From assembly GCA_029558515.1 (NCBI GenBank), contig JAKQEM010000014.1, positions 5,759 to 69,758 of the forward strand: a DNA stretch of 64,000 nucleotides, written 5' to 3'. Positions 36,947-46,376 of this stretch are shown one piece after another. Below the pieces are notes generated by a model that was not told the DNA's origin, searched no databases, and worked only from the letters and a program-made list of their open reading frames with translations. Position numbers and translations under genes: made by a program. Position 1 is the first letter of the stretch; every line of letters begins with the position of its first letter. Source of the DNA: a bacterium (GTDB lineage Bacteria > Patescibacteriota > Gracilibacteria > Peribacterales > Peribacteraceae).

Positions 36947-37279
36947 ATGCCCTTCTTCTACCTCGCTCGCTGCGCCGATGGGTCGCTCTACTGCGGCGCA
37001 TGCAACGAGCTGCAGGCTCGCGAGGCGGCGCACAACAGCGGAAAAGGCGCGAAGTACACCCGCTCGCGTCTTCCGGTGCGCATGGTGTATGCCGAGGAGT
37101 TCCCCACCCTCGGCGATGCGCTGCGGCGGGAAGCGGAGGTGAAGAAGTGGAAAAAGGCGAGGAAAGAGCGTCTTCTCTCCTCCACCCCTTCCACCCTGCA
37201 ATGCACCCATCCAATGACTCAAGCAATATTTTTGATGATTACACAAGAGTTGCCGGGAGACAAAGAATCTGTTTTATGA
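36947..37279 (+). CDS. GIY-YIG nuclease family protein (UPF0213/YhbQ-like)
   Basis: FFYLARCADGSLYCGACNELQAREAAHNSGKGAKYTRSRLPVRMVYAEEFPTLGDALRREAEVKKWKKARK matches the small stand-alone GIY-YIG family. Confidence 0.85.
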   Translation: MPFFYLARCADGSLYCGACNELQAREAAHNSGKGAKYTRSRLPVRMVYAEEFPTLGDALRREAEVKKWKKARKERLLSSTPSTLQCTHPMTQAIFLMITQELPGDKESVL

Positions 37280-37295
37280 TATAATAGAACGTTCA

Positions 37296-39161
37296 TTGCA
37301 TATGCAACAAAAAACACACATCCGTACCGGCTTCCGCATGCGCACATGGGTCGGCATCCTGCTGCTCACGCTCTTCCTGCAGAACATGCTCGCAGATCTG
37401 CCGGCAACATGTGCGGCCGCGGCCTCCGGCAATCCTCTCTTCTTGGTGAACACAGAGGCATTCCAAGTGATCGATGATTCCGATGACGCCGGGAATCCCA
37501 CACTGAAATTCGGCGAAGGGTTGAATAAAACGCTCCTGTTCAATCGGGAAACCGAACAATTCGAACTCAATGACGATCTGGAAGTGATGGGAACGCTCTC
37601 CGGCTCCTCACTCACCGTTTCCGATTTGAAAAACTGCAATACGATCGATACCGATGAAAACGGGGTGCTGATCTGTGGAACGGACGAAGGAGGAGCGGGT
37701 GGATTGAGTAGAGAAATCGCAGACACTCTGTACGTCAATCAAGCGGGAGACACGATGACGGGCGCACTCGTCATCGATGTGGAGGGAGGCGATGTGAACA
37801 CGTTCGGACTGCGCATCATGAACACGCTCTCCGGCGCCATCCTCCACGCGGAACAAGCACTCACCTCTTCCGGCGCGTTCACGACGGACGGCCGCGCGAC
37901 ATTCAATGACGTCGCTGTCTTCAATGAAGAGGGAACGGATGCCGGTCACGTCCGCATGGAGAGCGATACGCAGGAAAACTTTTTCTTCTTCCACGCGGGA
38001 CTGGGCCGCATCGGCATCGGCGGAACGGACACCCCGGAAACGACGCTCGAAGTGCAGGGTACTATTTCAGGTGCGCTCCTGACGCAAAACGGAGCGGGCA
38101 ACAACTACTTCATGGGCAACGTCGGCGTCGGTACGACGAGTCCGAATACCCGTTTGGAAGTGAGGGGATTCGCCAGCAATCCGCAGAATGGTCTCTTCGT
38201 CACCACCGACACCTTCTCCTTCCTATCGGCTGGCTCTCTGCTGAGATTCGGTCACGGGGCTGCGAGCGGAGATACGTACGGAGAAATCGATAATTTGACC
38301 GCCGGCGGAGGCGCCTGGGGCAATCTGGTGTTGCAATCGGGCGGCGGTAACGTCGGCATCGGGACGACCACTCCCGACAATCTCTTCCATCTCAATTCGG
38401 GGGCGACACCAAATATTTCACAACTGAAAATTACAGCAAATGATGCAGGGCCCGTATCGATATTGAGCTACGGCGTCGATAACCAGCAAATTGGATTTGA
38501 TACGGATTATGATTTCGGTTGGAAGGCCAGATATTCCAGCCCCGGCATATTCAGAAAAGTTGCGGGGCAATTTCGGTTCTCGGGAGATACCGGCATTACC
38601 CCGGATACCGTGTACACGCCAACCGATCGAATGACGATTGATTTCGCAACCGGCAACATCGGCATCGGCACCACTGCTCCCGAAACGAAACTGGAAGTCG
38701 ACGGCACCATCTCCGGAGCGACGCTCCATGCATATGATTTTCTTGGATCACAATCGGCAACCTCGGGATCCGTGCTCGTCTCGCGCACGTCCGGCGCGCC
38801 GGAATGGAGGAACCCCGTCGGTTCCATGGTGTGGTACATCGATGGCACCGCCGCCCTTGGAACAAGGCAGAGTGCCACCGTCACGATGCCCTTCGGCATG
38901 ACGGCAACATCCGTGAACCTCCGCGTCGCTGGAGCCCCGACAGGTGCGGCAATCATCGTGGACATCAACGAAGCCGGAACGACGCTCTTCTCCACGCGTC
39001 CGCAAATCGACGACGGCTCGGTGACTGGAGGAGGAGGCGCATCCTTCAGCGACACGGCCATCGCGGCGGGATCGGAGCTTTCTATCGATATTGATCAGAT
39101 CGGCTCGACGTTCGCCGGATCGGGACTGACGATCCAGCTGAACGGGATACGGAAATATTGA
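37296..39161 (+). CDS. secreted tail-fibre-like repeat protein (surface paralogue 1)
   Basis: A signal peptide is present. The N-module LFLVNTEAFQVIDDSDDAGNPTLKFGEGLNKTLLFNRETEQFELNDDLEVMGTLSGSSL is shared with the 41808 and 43183 genes. GNVGIGTTSPNTRLEV, NVGIGTTTPDNLFHL and NIGIGTTAPETKLEV motifs recur, as seen in tail-fibre domain proteins. Confidence 0.7.
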   Translation: MHMQQKTHIRTGFRMRTWVGILLLTLFLQNMLADLPATCAAAASGNPLFLVNTEAFQVIDDSDDAGNPTLKFGEGLNKTLLFNRETEQFELNDDLEVMGTLSGSSLTVSDLKNCNTIDTDENGVLICGTDEGGAGGLSREIADTLYVNQAGDTMTGALVIDVEGGDVNTFGLRIMNTLSGAILHAEQALTSSGAFTTDGRATFNDVAVFNEEGTDAGHVRMESDTQENFFFFHAGLGRIGIGGTDTPETTLEVQGTISGALLTQNGAGNNYFMGNVGVGTTSPNTRLEVRGFASNPQNGLFVTTDTFSFLSAGSLLRFGHGAASGDTYGEIDNLTAGGGAWGNLVLQSGGGNVGIGTTTPDNLFHLNSGATPNISQLKITANDAGPVSILSYGVDNQQIGFDTDYDFGWKARYSSPGIFRKVAGQFRFSGDTGITPDTVYTPTDRMTIDFATGNIGIGTTAPETKLEVDGTISGATLHAYDFLGSQSATSGSVLVSRTSGAPEWRNPVGSMVWYIDGTAALGTRQSATVTMPFGMTATSVNLRVAGAPTGAAIIVDINEAGTTLFSTRPQIDDGSVTGGGGASFSDTAIAAGSELSIDIDQIGSTFAGSGLTIQLNGIRKY

Positions 39162-39200
39162 TCCCGTTCTCTGCCCCACTGTCTGCTACAATCGACGTCG

Positions 39201-41672
39201 ATGCGTAGCCCAGACGCTCCGTTGATCGCTGCAGGAAAACAGGTACTGCTCATCGCAGCGCTGTGTACGGCAGCGTGCTTTGCAGAGAAAGCGCAGGCGC
39301 TGGCGGTGCCGCTCTACTTCGACTTCGGTAATGCCGGTACGTACATTATGGAGGGCTACACCGGAGTAGGGCCGCGCGATACGTACAACACCACGCGCCA
39401 CTACGGGTGGTCCGCACGCGTCGCAGCTGCCGATCGCCCCTCCTCGGGGTGGGATTATCTCCTGCGCGACGCGCATACCACGTCGGACGCTACCTTCCGG
39501 ACGGAACTCAATGCGGGGACCTATAACGTCCGCGTCTGGCTGTCCAACGGGCTCGGGACCGGCGGCTACGAGTACACGTACGACAACGTCGAGGTGACCA
39601 TCGAAGGCTGTGATGCGGTCTTCTATTCCTCCCTCCCGCCGGGGGAAATCACGTATACGGACTGCGAAACCGGCGATCCGGGGGCGGACGGCATCCTGGA
39701 TATCCGCATAAGGGACACGGGCGGCGGGCAGAACCTGACCTGCATGACGAACGGCGTGGAAATCACGGCGGGGGCGACGTCCCAGAGCATCACCGGCACG
39801 GTCTATACCGATGAGGGTTCCACGGTCCTCGCAAACGCGCTCGTCGGCGTGAGCGTGAACGGAGGCGCCGTCTCCGGACAGGACACGACCGACGCCGGAG
39901 GCCAGTACACGCTGGATGCAGGAACGCTGACCGGAGGCAGCATCGTGACGCTCTTCCTCAAAGGCGCGACTGTTCCGGCCATGACGGTGACGCGGGGAAG
40001 CGGGAGCTCCATGACCGGCGTGCATCTGTACCAAAACCGGCTGATTCTGCGCAGCAATACGGGGAGCGACGCCAACGCGCCTCCGCTCACTACGGCGCAC
40101 CTCGCTATCGCCGACAACGCAACGGAAACAGGGATCACCCTCCTCTACAACGTGCGCAGTAACGTCCTCACGATGAACGCGGGCGAACTCCTCATCTGGA
40201 CCGGCAGCACGTTCCGGCCGGGGAAGTACGTGGAGCTCTACGATCTGGACATCAACGGGACGCTCTCGCTCGAGGCGTACACGGGGTCGGTCATCCGGAA
40301 CTTCGACAGCGCCGAGGGGACGTTCTCCGGAACGGGCGCACTCTCCTTCACGAACATCGGCACGGGAGGAACGATCACGACCACCGGAGACAGCCTTCCG
40401 ACTGTGTCCTTCGGAGGCGTGCAGGACATCGACCGCAACGGCCTCATCGTCTGGCTGGACGCCGATGACAGCTCCACACTGCGCCTGAGCGGCACCGGGG
40501 TCGTCATGTGGTACGACAAGTCGGGCAAAGGCAACCATGCTCGGCCCCCGACAAACAGCCTCTACCAGCCGGATATCCGTGTGGGCGGAGGCAGCGGCCG
40601 CACCGTCATCAACTTCGACGCCAACGACGGCATGAACATCGACGAAACGATTTCCGCCGCCCCCTACACGATCTATATCGTGTACAATACGACCAGTCTC
40701 GGCGGCACTAGGAGAGCGATTCAGGGAAGCGCAAACTGGTTCATTGGTTTTGGCAGTCCTTACGACGGTTGGCACAGCCACTACGCGAATGGCTGGGTAG
40801 CCAGCCAAGGAGAAAACCCTGCTTCCAATGGAGAATTTGCCATCGCCGGGGCAACGAACAATGGCAGTGCTTCAGCATTCTACGTCAATGCCACCAACGA
40901 AACGGACAATTCCTCGTACGTTGGCACTCCCGAGAGCCTCTGCCTCGGCGGCTCTACCGGCAACGGCGTCTGCGGCGCATACAATGAGCCGCTCGTCGGT
41001 GACATCGCGGAAATCATCATCTACAACAGAGTCCTCACCGGAAACGAGCTCACGACGCTCGAGTGCTACCTGAGCAGCAAGTGGGATATCGACGTCAGCG
41101 CTTCCTGCGCGGGGGTTTCGCAGACCACGATGTCCGGCACGTACACCCTCGGTTCCGCACTCGACTTGAACGGGGATTTGATCATCGAGGACCAAAGCAT
41201 CCTCGACGTCTCCGCGAGCAACTATGGGATAACGCTGAGCGGATCGTGGATCAACAAATCTGGAACGGGAGGATTTGTGAAACGCAGCGGCACGGTGGAA
41301 TTGGACGGCGGTTCTCAGACACTCTCGGGGTTCACACTCTTCCACACGCTCTCCAAAACCACCTCGACGCCCAAGACGCTGACGTTCGATCCGAACGGAA
41401 TGGTGACGGTCAGCGGAGCGCTCATCCTCCGCGGAACGGTCGATAATCTCCTCAGCATCCGCAGCCAGGCGGATGGAAGCGCCGCCCGACTGGTCCTCGA
41501 TCCCGACGGCTCACAGACTATCGATTACGTGAACGTGAAGGACAGCGATGCATCCGGCGGGCAAGAGCTCGATGCATTGCCCGGGGGTATCAACGGAGGA
41601 AACACCACCCACTGGTTCTTCGGAGCTGTCTCCACCGTCAAACAACATTTCTTCCACCTCTTCGGATTCTAA
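39201..41672 (+). CDS. secreted LamG / concanavalin-A-like lectin domain giant protein
   Basis: A signal peptide is present. The LamG_3-type block is LIVWLDADDSS...WYDKSGKGNHA...GDIAEIIIYNRVLTGNELTTLECYLSSKW. Confidence 0.7.
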   Translation: MRSPDAPLIAAGKQVLLIAALCTAACFAEKAQALAVPLYFDFGNAGTYIMEGYTGVGPRDTYNTTRHYGWSARVAAADRPSSGWDYLLRDAHTTSDATFRTELNAGTYNVRVWLSNGLGTGGYEYTYDNVEVTIEGCDAVFYSSLPPGEITYTDCETGDPGADGILDIRIRDTGGGQNLTCMTNGVEITAGATSQSITGTVYTDEGSTVLANALVGVSVNGGAVSGQDTTDAGGQYTLDAGTLTGGSIVTLFLKGATVPAMTVTRGSGSSMTGVHLYQNRLILRSNTGSDANAPPLTTAHLAIADNATETGITLLYNVRSNVLTMNAGELLIWTGSTFRPGKYVELYDLDINGTLSLEAYTGSVIRNFDSAEGTFSGTGALSFTNIGTGGTITTTGDSLPTVSFGGVQDIDRNGLIVWLDADDSSTLRLSGTGVVMWYDKSGKGNHARPPTNSLYQPDIRVGGGSGRTVINFDANDGMNIDETISAAPYTIYIVYNTTSLGGTRRAIQGSANWFIGFGSPYDGWHSHYANGWVASQGENPASNGEFAIAGATNNGSASAFYVNATNETDNSSYVGTPESLCLGGSTGNGVCGAYNEPLVGDIAEIIIYNRVLTGNELTTLECYLSSKWDIDVSASCAGVSQTTMSGTYTLGSALDLNGDLIIEDQSILDVSASNYGITLSGSWINKSGTGGFVKRSGTVELDGGSQTLSGFTLFHTLSKTTSTPKTLTFDPNGMVTVSGALILRGTVDNLLSIRSQADGSAARLVLDPDGSQTIDYVNVKDSDASGGQELDALPGGINGGNTTHWFFGAVSTVKQHFFHLFGF

Positions 41673-41807
41673 TCTGCTCCCTGAGCATGTGAAAAAGTGC
41701 CATAAGCACGATGAAGCGATGAAAGGAAGAGTATCATGCTGAGGTGCGATCCTCGGCTCGCCGAAGACGAGCCGTGAAGCAGCGACACGAGCTTGTTCAA
41801 CACCCTC

Positions 41808-43073
41808 TTACGGCGTCGTCGTCTCGAAATTCAGATTCAGGAAACCGGCTTCGGCAAACTTCGTCGCGAGCGCCGCGAGTTTGATATACACGGTGATGTA
41901 CCCTTTCGGCGCCCATGTCCCGCCGGAGAGCGTGATATTCGCCGTCGTGAAGGACGCGTTTGCGAGCCCTTCGTTTCCGGTCAGAGCCACCGCTGCATTT
42001 TCTGTATCCTTCATTCGCAACGTTACATGGTTGTTGTCGGCTGTACCATCAGCGGTGCGATACCGCAGTTCGATCGGCTTCACCGGATCCCACGAACCGA
42101 AGTTATCCGGCAGCCGCACGCGCACGCTGATCCAGTAATCCTGCAATCCGGCCTTCGTGGTAGCCCAATGGTAATAATTCTCCATGTCCGCCGTGCCGCC
42201 GGACGCCGAGAGCTGTCCGATGAAGCTGGCGCCGCTCGAGAAGTACACGGCATTGGGATACTCCGGATGCAGGGAGAGAATACCGCCGCTGCCATTGCCG
42301 ACTGTGACGGCCTCCCATGTCAAATTTCCGGCGCCATCCGTCTTCAAGAAGGTCCCCGCGCTCTGCGTACCGGGCGCATTCAATACCTGACCGCCCCACG
42401 TGATCGCGCCGTCCACCGTCAGGGTGGAACCGGAGAGATTGCCGACTACGGACACGTCCTTGCTGAATTGAAACTGCTGCGTGGCATGCACGAATTTCAA
42501 CGTTTGATTGGCGGTTTGATTGCCGAATGTCAGCGTCGCGTCCGCGCCCGTCGTTCGGTCATCGTTGATCGTCAGATTGTCATCGGTGCGCATCGCGCCC
42601 GTCACGGAGAGAGCTCCGTCGATTTCCGCATCTCCGCTCACTCGCAGGGTCGCACCGGAGAGACGCCCTTGCGTCGTCATATCGCCGACCGCGTTCACCG
42701 TCGACCCGAAGTACGCCGCCCCTTCGATCGACATCGTGCCGCTTCCGGTTATATTGCCGGTCACGTTCGCATTGCCGTCAATCTGGAGCGCAGAACCGGA
42801 GAGCGTACCCAGGACGCTCAAATCATCGGTGAATTGAAACGATTCCTTCGTGCGATTCCATAGGAGTTTCTCATTGAGCGTGCCGCCGAAGCGCAGTTCG
42901 ATGTCCGTCGTTCCGTCTCCGTCATCGATGGACTGAAACGATTCCGTATTCACGAGGAGCGTCGGATTCCACGAGGAAACAGCCGCCCATGTGAGCTGTG
43001 GCGTCAGCATGCCGATCAGCGCGCACAGTGCGATAACCCGCTTGGGAACCGAAAGGTGTTGGTATGTGTGCAT
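41808..43073 (-). CDS. secreted surface protein (paralogue 2; shared N- and C-modules)
   Basis: A signal peptide is followed by LLVNTESFQSIDDGDGTTDIELRFGGTLNEKLLWNRTKESFQFTDDLSVLGTLSGSAL. The C-terminal module LSLHPEYPNAVY...LQDYWISVRVRLP... is shared with the 43183 gene. Confidence 0.7.
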   Translation of the reverse strand: MHTYQHLSVPKRVIALCALIGMLTPQLTWAAVSSWNPTLLVNTESFQSIDDGDGTTDIELRFGGTLNEKLLWNRTKESFQFTDDLSVLGTLSGSALQIDGNANVTGNITGSGTMSIEGAAYFGSTVNAVGDMTTQGRLSGATLRVSGDAEIDGALSVTGAMRTDDNLTINDDRTTGADATLTFGNQTANQTLKFVHATQQFQFSKDVSVVGNLSGSTLTVDGAITWGGQVLNAPGTQSAGTFLKTDGAGNLTWEAVTVGNGSGGILSLHPEYPNAVYFSSGASFIGQLSASGGTADMENYYHWATTKAGLQDYWISVRVRLPDNFGSWDPVKPIELRYRTADGTADNNHVTLRMKDTENAAVALTGNEGLANASFTTANITLSGGTWAPKGYITVYIKLAALATKFAEAGFLNLNFETTTP

Positions 43074-43098
43074 GTGTTGTAGGAAAACGTTTCCGCTT

Positions 43099-43128
43099 AC
43101 TATACCATAGTGCCGCAGGTTTTACCAA
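43099..43128 (-). promoter_or_regulatory. sigma70-like promoter (TTGGTA-18nt-TGgTATAGT)
   Basis: Read on the minus strand, upstream of surface paralogue 2. Confidence 0.45.
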
Positions 43129-43182
43129 CCACGTAAAATTGACGAAAAATATTATGATTTTCTTATAATACTCTTCACCACC

Positions 43183-45207
43183 TCACTCACCGAAGGTGAC
43201 ATACCGGAGCGTCACGCTCCCCAACTGCATCTGTGCGCTGTCGACCGCGGCAAGCGTGAAGACGAAGAGAACATCTCCATCCGGCGTCCACGTGGGTGTT
43301 CCCGCAAATCCGAGATCAGCCATCGCCCAAGAAGCGGACGCAAGATCGGACGCCGTCCCCGTGAGACTCACCGCTTGATCTGCCGTATCGAACACCGCCA
43401 CGGAGAGCGCATTCTCGCTGGCATTCGCCGTCGCAGACCGGTATTCGACGCGCAGCGGTTCTTCCTCCCAACGAAGAAACGCCGCGGGGAGACGCACTTT
43501 CAATTGAATCGCGTAGTCTTGGAGCGTGGTGCGCGTACTCGTCCACAGATAGGCATTCTTCTTCGCCACATCATCAAAATCAACGACCAGCTGCCCCACG
43601 TTATTCGTGCCGTCCGCCTGGTAGCTTGCATTGGGAAACTGCGGATGCAGTGAAAGTTGCACCGTCCGCTCCCGATCACCGCCCGGCAAGCTGGCGATGT
43701 CGACGCCGTTGATGAGTCCCGTCACCGTCAGATCTCCTTCGATGCGCAGATCATCATTGAAGGTGAATCGTCCGTTGAGGAGATCGTACGACAGTGTTTT
43801 CGCAAGATCGGTACCAAACTGCAGATCGATGCGTTCGGTCTCGGAATCGTTCGCGTCCATGACAAACGAGCCGGCGTTCGTTCCGCCCGGCACCATCTCC
43901 ACGGGCAATGTCCCGCCGCTCCCCAGGAGCGGAATGGAACCGCTCCCCGTTCCGATATCGCGAAAATCGAGAAGATCCGCGTTGCGTGTGAACGGGAGAG
44001 AGAGAATCGGAGAACGATCTTTCGCCGGATCTCCCACATTCACATCCAGCATTTGGTACGACGCATCGGGTGCGGCGACCGGTTTGACGTCCACCTGCAG
44101 GAAGAGATCGATGTCCGACGCCGTGGGAAGCGGTGACGACGCTCCGAGCACGACGGAGAAAAATCCGCGCGCATCGGGCGTGACTGCGTGTGTTTCCGAC
44201 CAAGAGGTATACTCCGCCGCCGCTTCATTGATGGAACCGTCCGGTAAACTATCCCCATCCAGTTTGTCCTCGCTGCGCCATTGGCTGAATCGAATGGAGA
44301 ACGTGCCGGTCGCGGGGACGCCGTCCTTGGTGAGGAGATGTCCGTTATAGACATACTGTTGCGGCACCGTCGTGGCGGCGTCCGCACGCGGAATCAGAAG
44401 CTCGGGCAAAAACGGGCTGAAGCTCGCCAACGTGCAGAGGATGCCCAGAAGCAGGACGAACCGACGCAGCCATTTCCTCCGACGCAGTTGCAGGGATCTC
44501 GCGATGCTCGCACAGGTAATGAGTACGCCTCCCATGAATGCCAAGATCAGATACACAATCGTGATGCATCGACACCTCTTCGACACGATGCGTTCCACGG
44601 GCCATGCTTCAGAGGCATCCGTCGATGACATCGACGATGCGTCAAAAGAAGATCGGCCGTCCATGATCGCCTGTGACATCGCAGGCACACTGCTCACGGA
44701 CATCGGCACTGCGATCTGACCGGTCGGCGGCCGTATGCCCCTGCGGGAGGAAGATGCCACGGGCGCCCCAAAGTGGAATCGTTCGGAGGAAGAAGAGGAA
44801 GAGGATGAAGAGGAGGAAGAGGAGGAAGAAGAAGTGGAAAACCGATGGAATCCGCCGCCCCCGCCATCATCCCGGGACGTATCGTCAGACGTATCCGACG
44901 AGGACGCGACGCTGCTGCTTGACTCACTGCTCTCGCTTGAACCGGCATGTGCACCCGCATCCAAGTAGATCGGCACGACGATAAAGTCTTCGCTCACCCC
45001 GCTGCGATTGAACGCATCCAAACGCGCAAACGAATCAAAATCATCCGAACCGGACAACCCCACCACCGCATCACCGAATGACTGTGTGGAAAGCAAATAG
45101 TCGTCGCTCTCCAGAGCTAAAGCTGCTCTCGGCATCAGGAGTGCGGCGCACACGTACACGTATGCCAGAGAAGGAAACAGCCTGTACTTGCTTGTTTGTG
45201 AAAACAT
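43183..45207 (-). CDS. bipartite surface protein: signal peptide + Ser-rich region + internal TM pair + paralogue 3 module
   Basis: An S17 homopolymer tract is encoded by GAA/GAG-type repeats at 44770-44830. Two internal TM helices are present. The protein then carries the shared modules (IDLQFGTDLAKTLSYDLLNGRFTFNDDLRIEGDLTVTG; LSLHPQFPNASY...LQDYAIQLKVRLP). Confidence 0.65.
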   Translation of the reverse strand: MFSQTSKYRLFPSLAYVYVCAALLMPRAALALESDDYLLSTQSFGDAVVGLSGSDDFDSFARLDAFNRSGVSEDFIVVPIYLDAGAHAGSSESSESSSSVASSSDTSDDTSRDDGGGGGFHRFSTSSSSSSSSSSSSSSSSERFHFGAPVASSSRRGIRPPTGQIAVPMSVSSVPAMSQAIMDGRSSFDASSMSSTDASEAWPVERIVSKRCRCITIVYLILAFMGGVLITCASIARSLQLRRRKWLRRFVLLLGILCTLASFSPFLPELLIPRADAATTVPQQYVYNGHLLTKDGVPATGTFSIRFSQWRSEDKLDGDSLPDGSINEAAAEYTSWSETHAVTPDARGFFSVVLGASSPLPTASDIDLFLQVDVKPVAAPDASYQMLDVNVGDPAKDRSPILSLPFTRNADLLDFRDIGTGSGSIPLLGSGGTLPVEMVPGGTNAGSFVMDANDSETERIDLQFGTDLAKTLSYDLLNGRFTFNDDLRIEGDLTVTGLINGVDIASLPGGDRERTVQLSLHPQFPNASYQADGTNNVGQLVVDFDDVAKKNAYLWTSTRTTLQDYAIQLKVRLPAAFLRWEEEPLRVEYRSATANASENALSVAVFDTADQAVSLTGTASDLASASWAMADLGFAGTPTWTPDGDVLFVFTLAAVDSAQMQLGSVTLRYVTFGE

Positions 45208-45223
45208 GTTTATTTGTGTAACT

Positions 45224-45252
45224 ATTATAACATTATTATGTTTATTTGTCTA
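45224..45252 (-). promoter_or_regulatory. sigma70-like promoter (TAGACA-17nt-TGtTATAAT)
   Basis: Read on the minus strand, 16 nt upstream of the ATG at 45207. Confidence 0.5.
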
Positions 45253-45353
45253 TATGTTGCATGACACAAGATACGCCTCCATACAATGTGCAAGGGCTTT
45301 ATTCGGCCAATATGCACTTTCGATGCTAGAATGGCGCCACTTTCCCATTCATC

Positions 45354-46370
45354 ATGTTCACCACACTCTCCTTCATCACTTGGACACTATTGGCAGGCAC
45401 TCCCCCTGCGCTCGCCCAGCAAACATCCTTTTCCGATCTGCCGGCCGGGCATCCCGCCCATCAAGCCGTGATGTACCTGAAAGAACAGGGATACGTGCAA
45501 GGGTTTCCCGACGGTACGTTCAAACCGAATCAACCGGTGAATCGCGCCGAAGCGGTCAAGATGATTGTGGCTCCACTCGTGGCTCCCGATCAGTTGCCGC
45601 TCGATACGTCGGTGTTTGCGGACGTTCCCCGAGACGCTTGGTTCGCACGGTACATCGAAGCGGCGCGCACGACGTTGGCCATGATTGACAGCCCGCCGCA
45701 AGCGTTCTCTTTCTATCCGACACGCACCGTCAACAAGGCGGAGTTTTTGAAACTCTCGCAGCTCGCAAACAAAGAACAACCGCTGACCTCCTACGGCGAG
45801 TTGCGTCTCCCGCTCGCTCCGGATGTACAGAATCCCGGTGAGTGGTTCTATCCCTACGTACGTCTCGGCATCGCGCTCTCCATGGTGCAGATCGGACAGG
45901 ACGGACTCATGGATCCGGGCCGTCCGCTCACGCGAGGTGATACCGCCAATTTGATCTATCGATTGTTGATGTATAAGCAGGGTCGACGGACGCAAGCACT
46001 CCTTTCGGAAGCGGAATCCGACATCATCAATGTCCTGCAGATGATCGAAGCCAGGAATGTGGAACAAGCAAGCTATGCTTCGGCGCGCGCGATGCTCGCT
46101 GCGCGCGGCGCACTGACGAGCAGACCGGATGAACCTTTGATCAAAGGAGCCGTCAAAATTTCGGAGGGATTCCAATCGATCGTCCTCGCGTACAAAGCGG
46201 GCATGACGGGCAATCTCGACGAGACGGTCCGTCGTACGAAGGAAGCGTGGGACCTTGCGGATCAAGCGAAAGCCTTTTCACCGTCTCTGGAAACCCTCGC
46301 ATCCCAACTGCAAACGATCGCGAAGAATATGGCGGACGAGGCTCGCACGCTCCAATCGCAAGCGCAATGA
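45354..46370 (+). CDS. SLH-domain protein with helical C-terminal region
   Basis: A signal peptide is followed by SLH-like repeats (FSDLPAGHPAHQAVMYLKEQGYVQGFPDGTFKPNQPVNRAEAVKMIV; FADVPRDAWFARYIE...VNKAEFLKL). Confidence 0.75.
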   Translation: MFTTLSFITWTLLAGTPPALAQQTSFSDLPAGHPAHQAVMYLKEQGYVQGFPDGTFKPNQPVNRAEAVKMIVAPLVAPDQLPLDTSVFADVPRDAWFARYIEAARTTLAMIDSPPQAFSFYPTRTVNKAEFLKLSQLANKEQPLTSYGELRLPLAPDVQNPGEWFYPYVRLGIALSMVQIGQDGLMDPGRPLTRGDTANLIYRLLMYKQGRRTQALLSEAESDIINVLQMIEARNVEQASYASARAMLAARGALTSRPDEPLIKGAVKISEGFQSIVLAYKAGMTGNLDETVRRTKEAWDLADQAKAFSPSLETLASQLQTIAKNMADEARTLQSQAQ

Positions 46371-46376
46371 CGCCGC

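Noticed and set aside
43130-43175. Plus-strand TTGACG...TATAAT-like promoter in the spacer between the two minus-strand surface genes.
   Set aside because: The spacing is about 19 nt and nothing on the plus strand lies downstream to be transcribed except the antisense of a gene. The minus-strand promoter at 43099-43128 explains the AT-rich spacer better.
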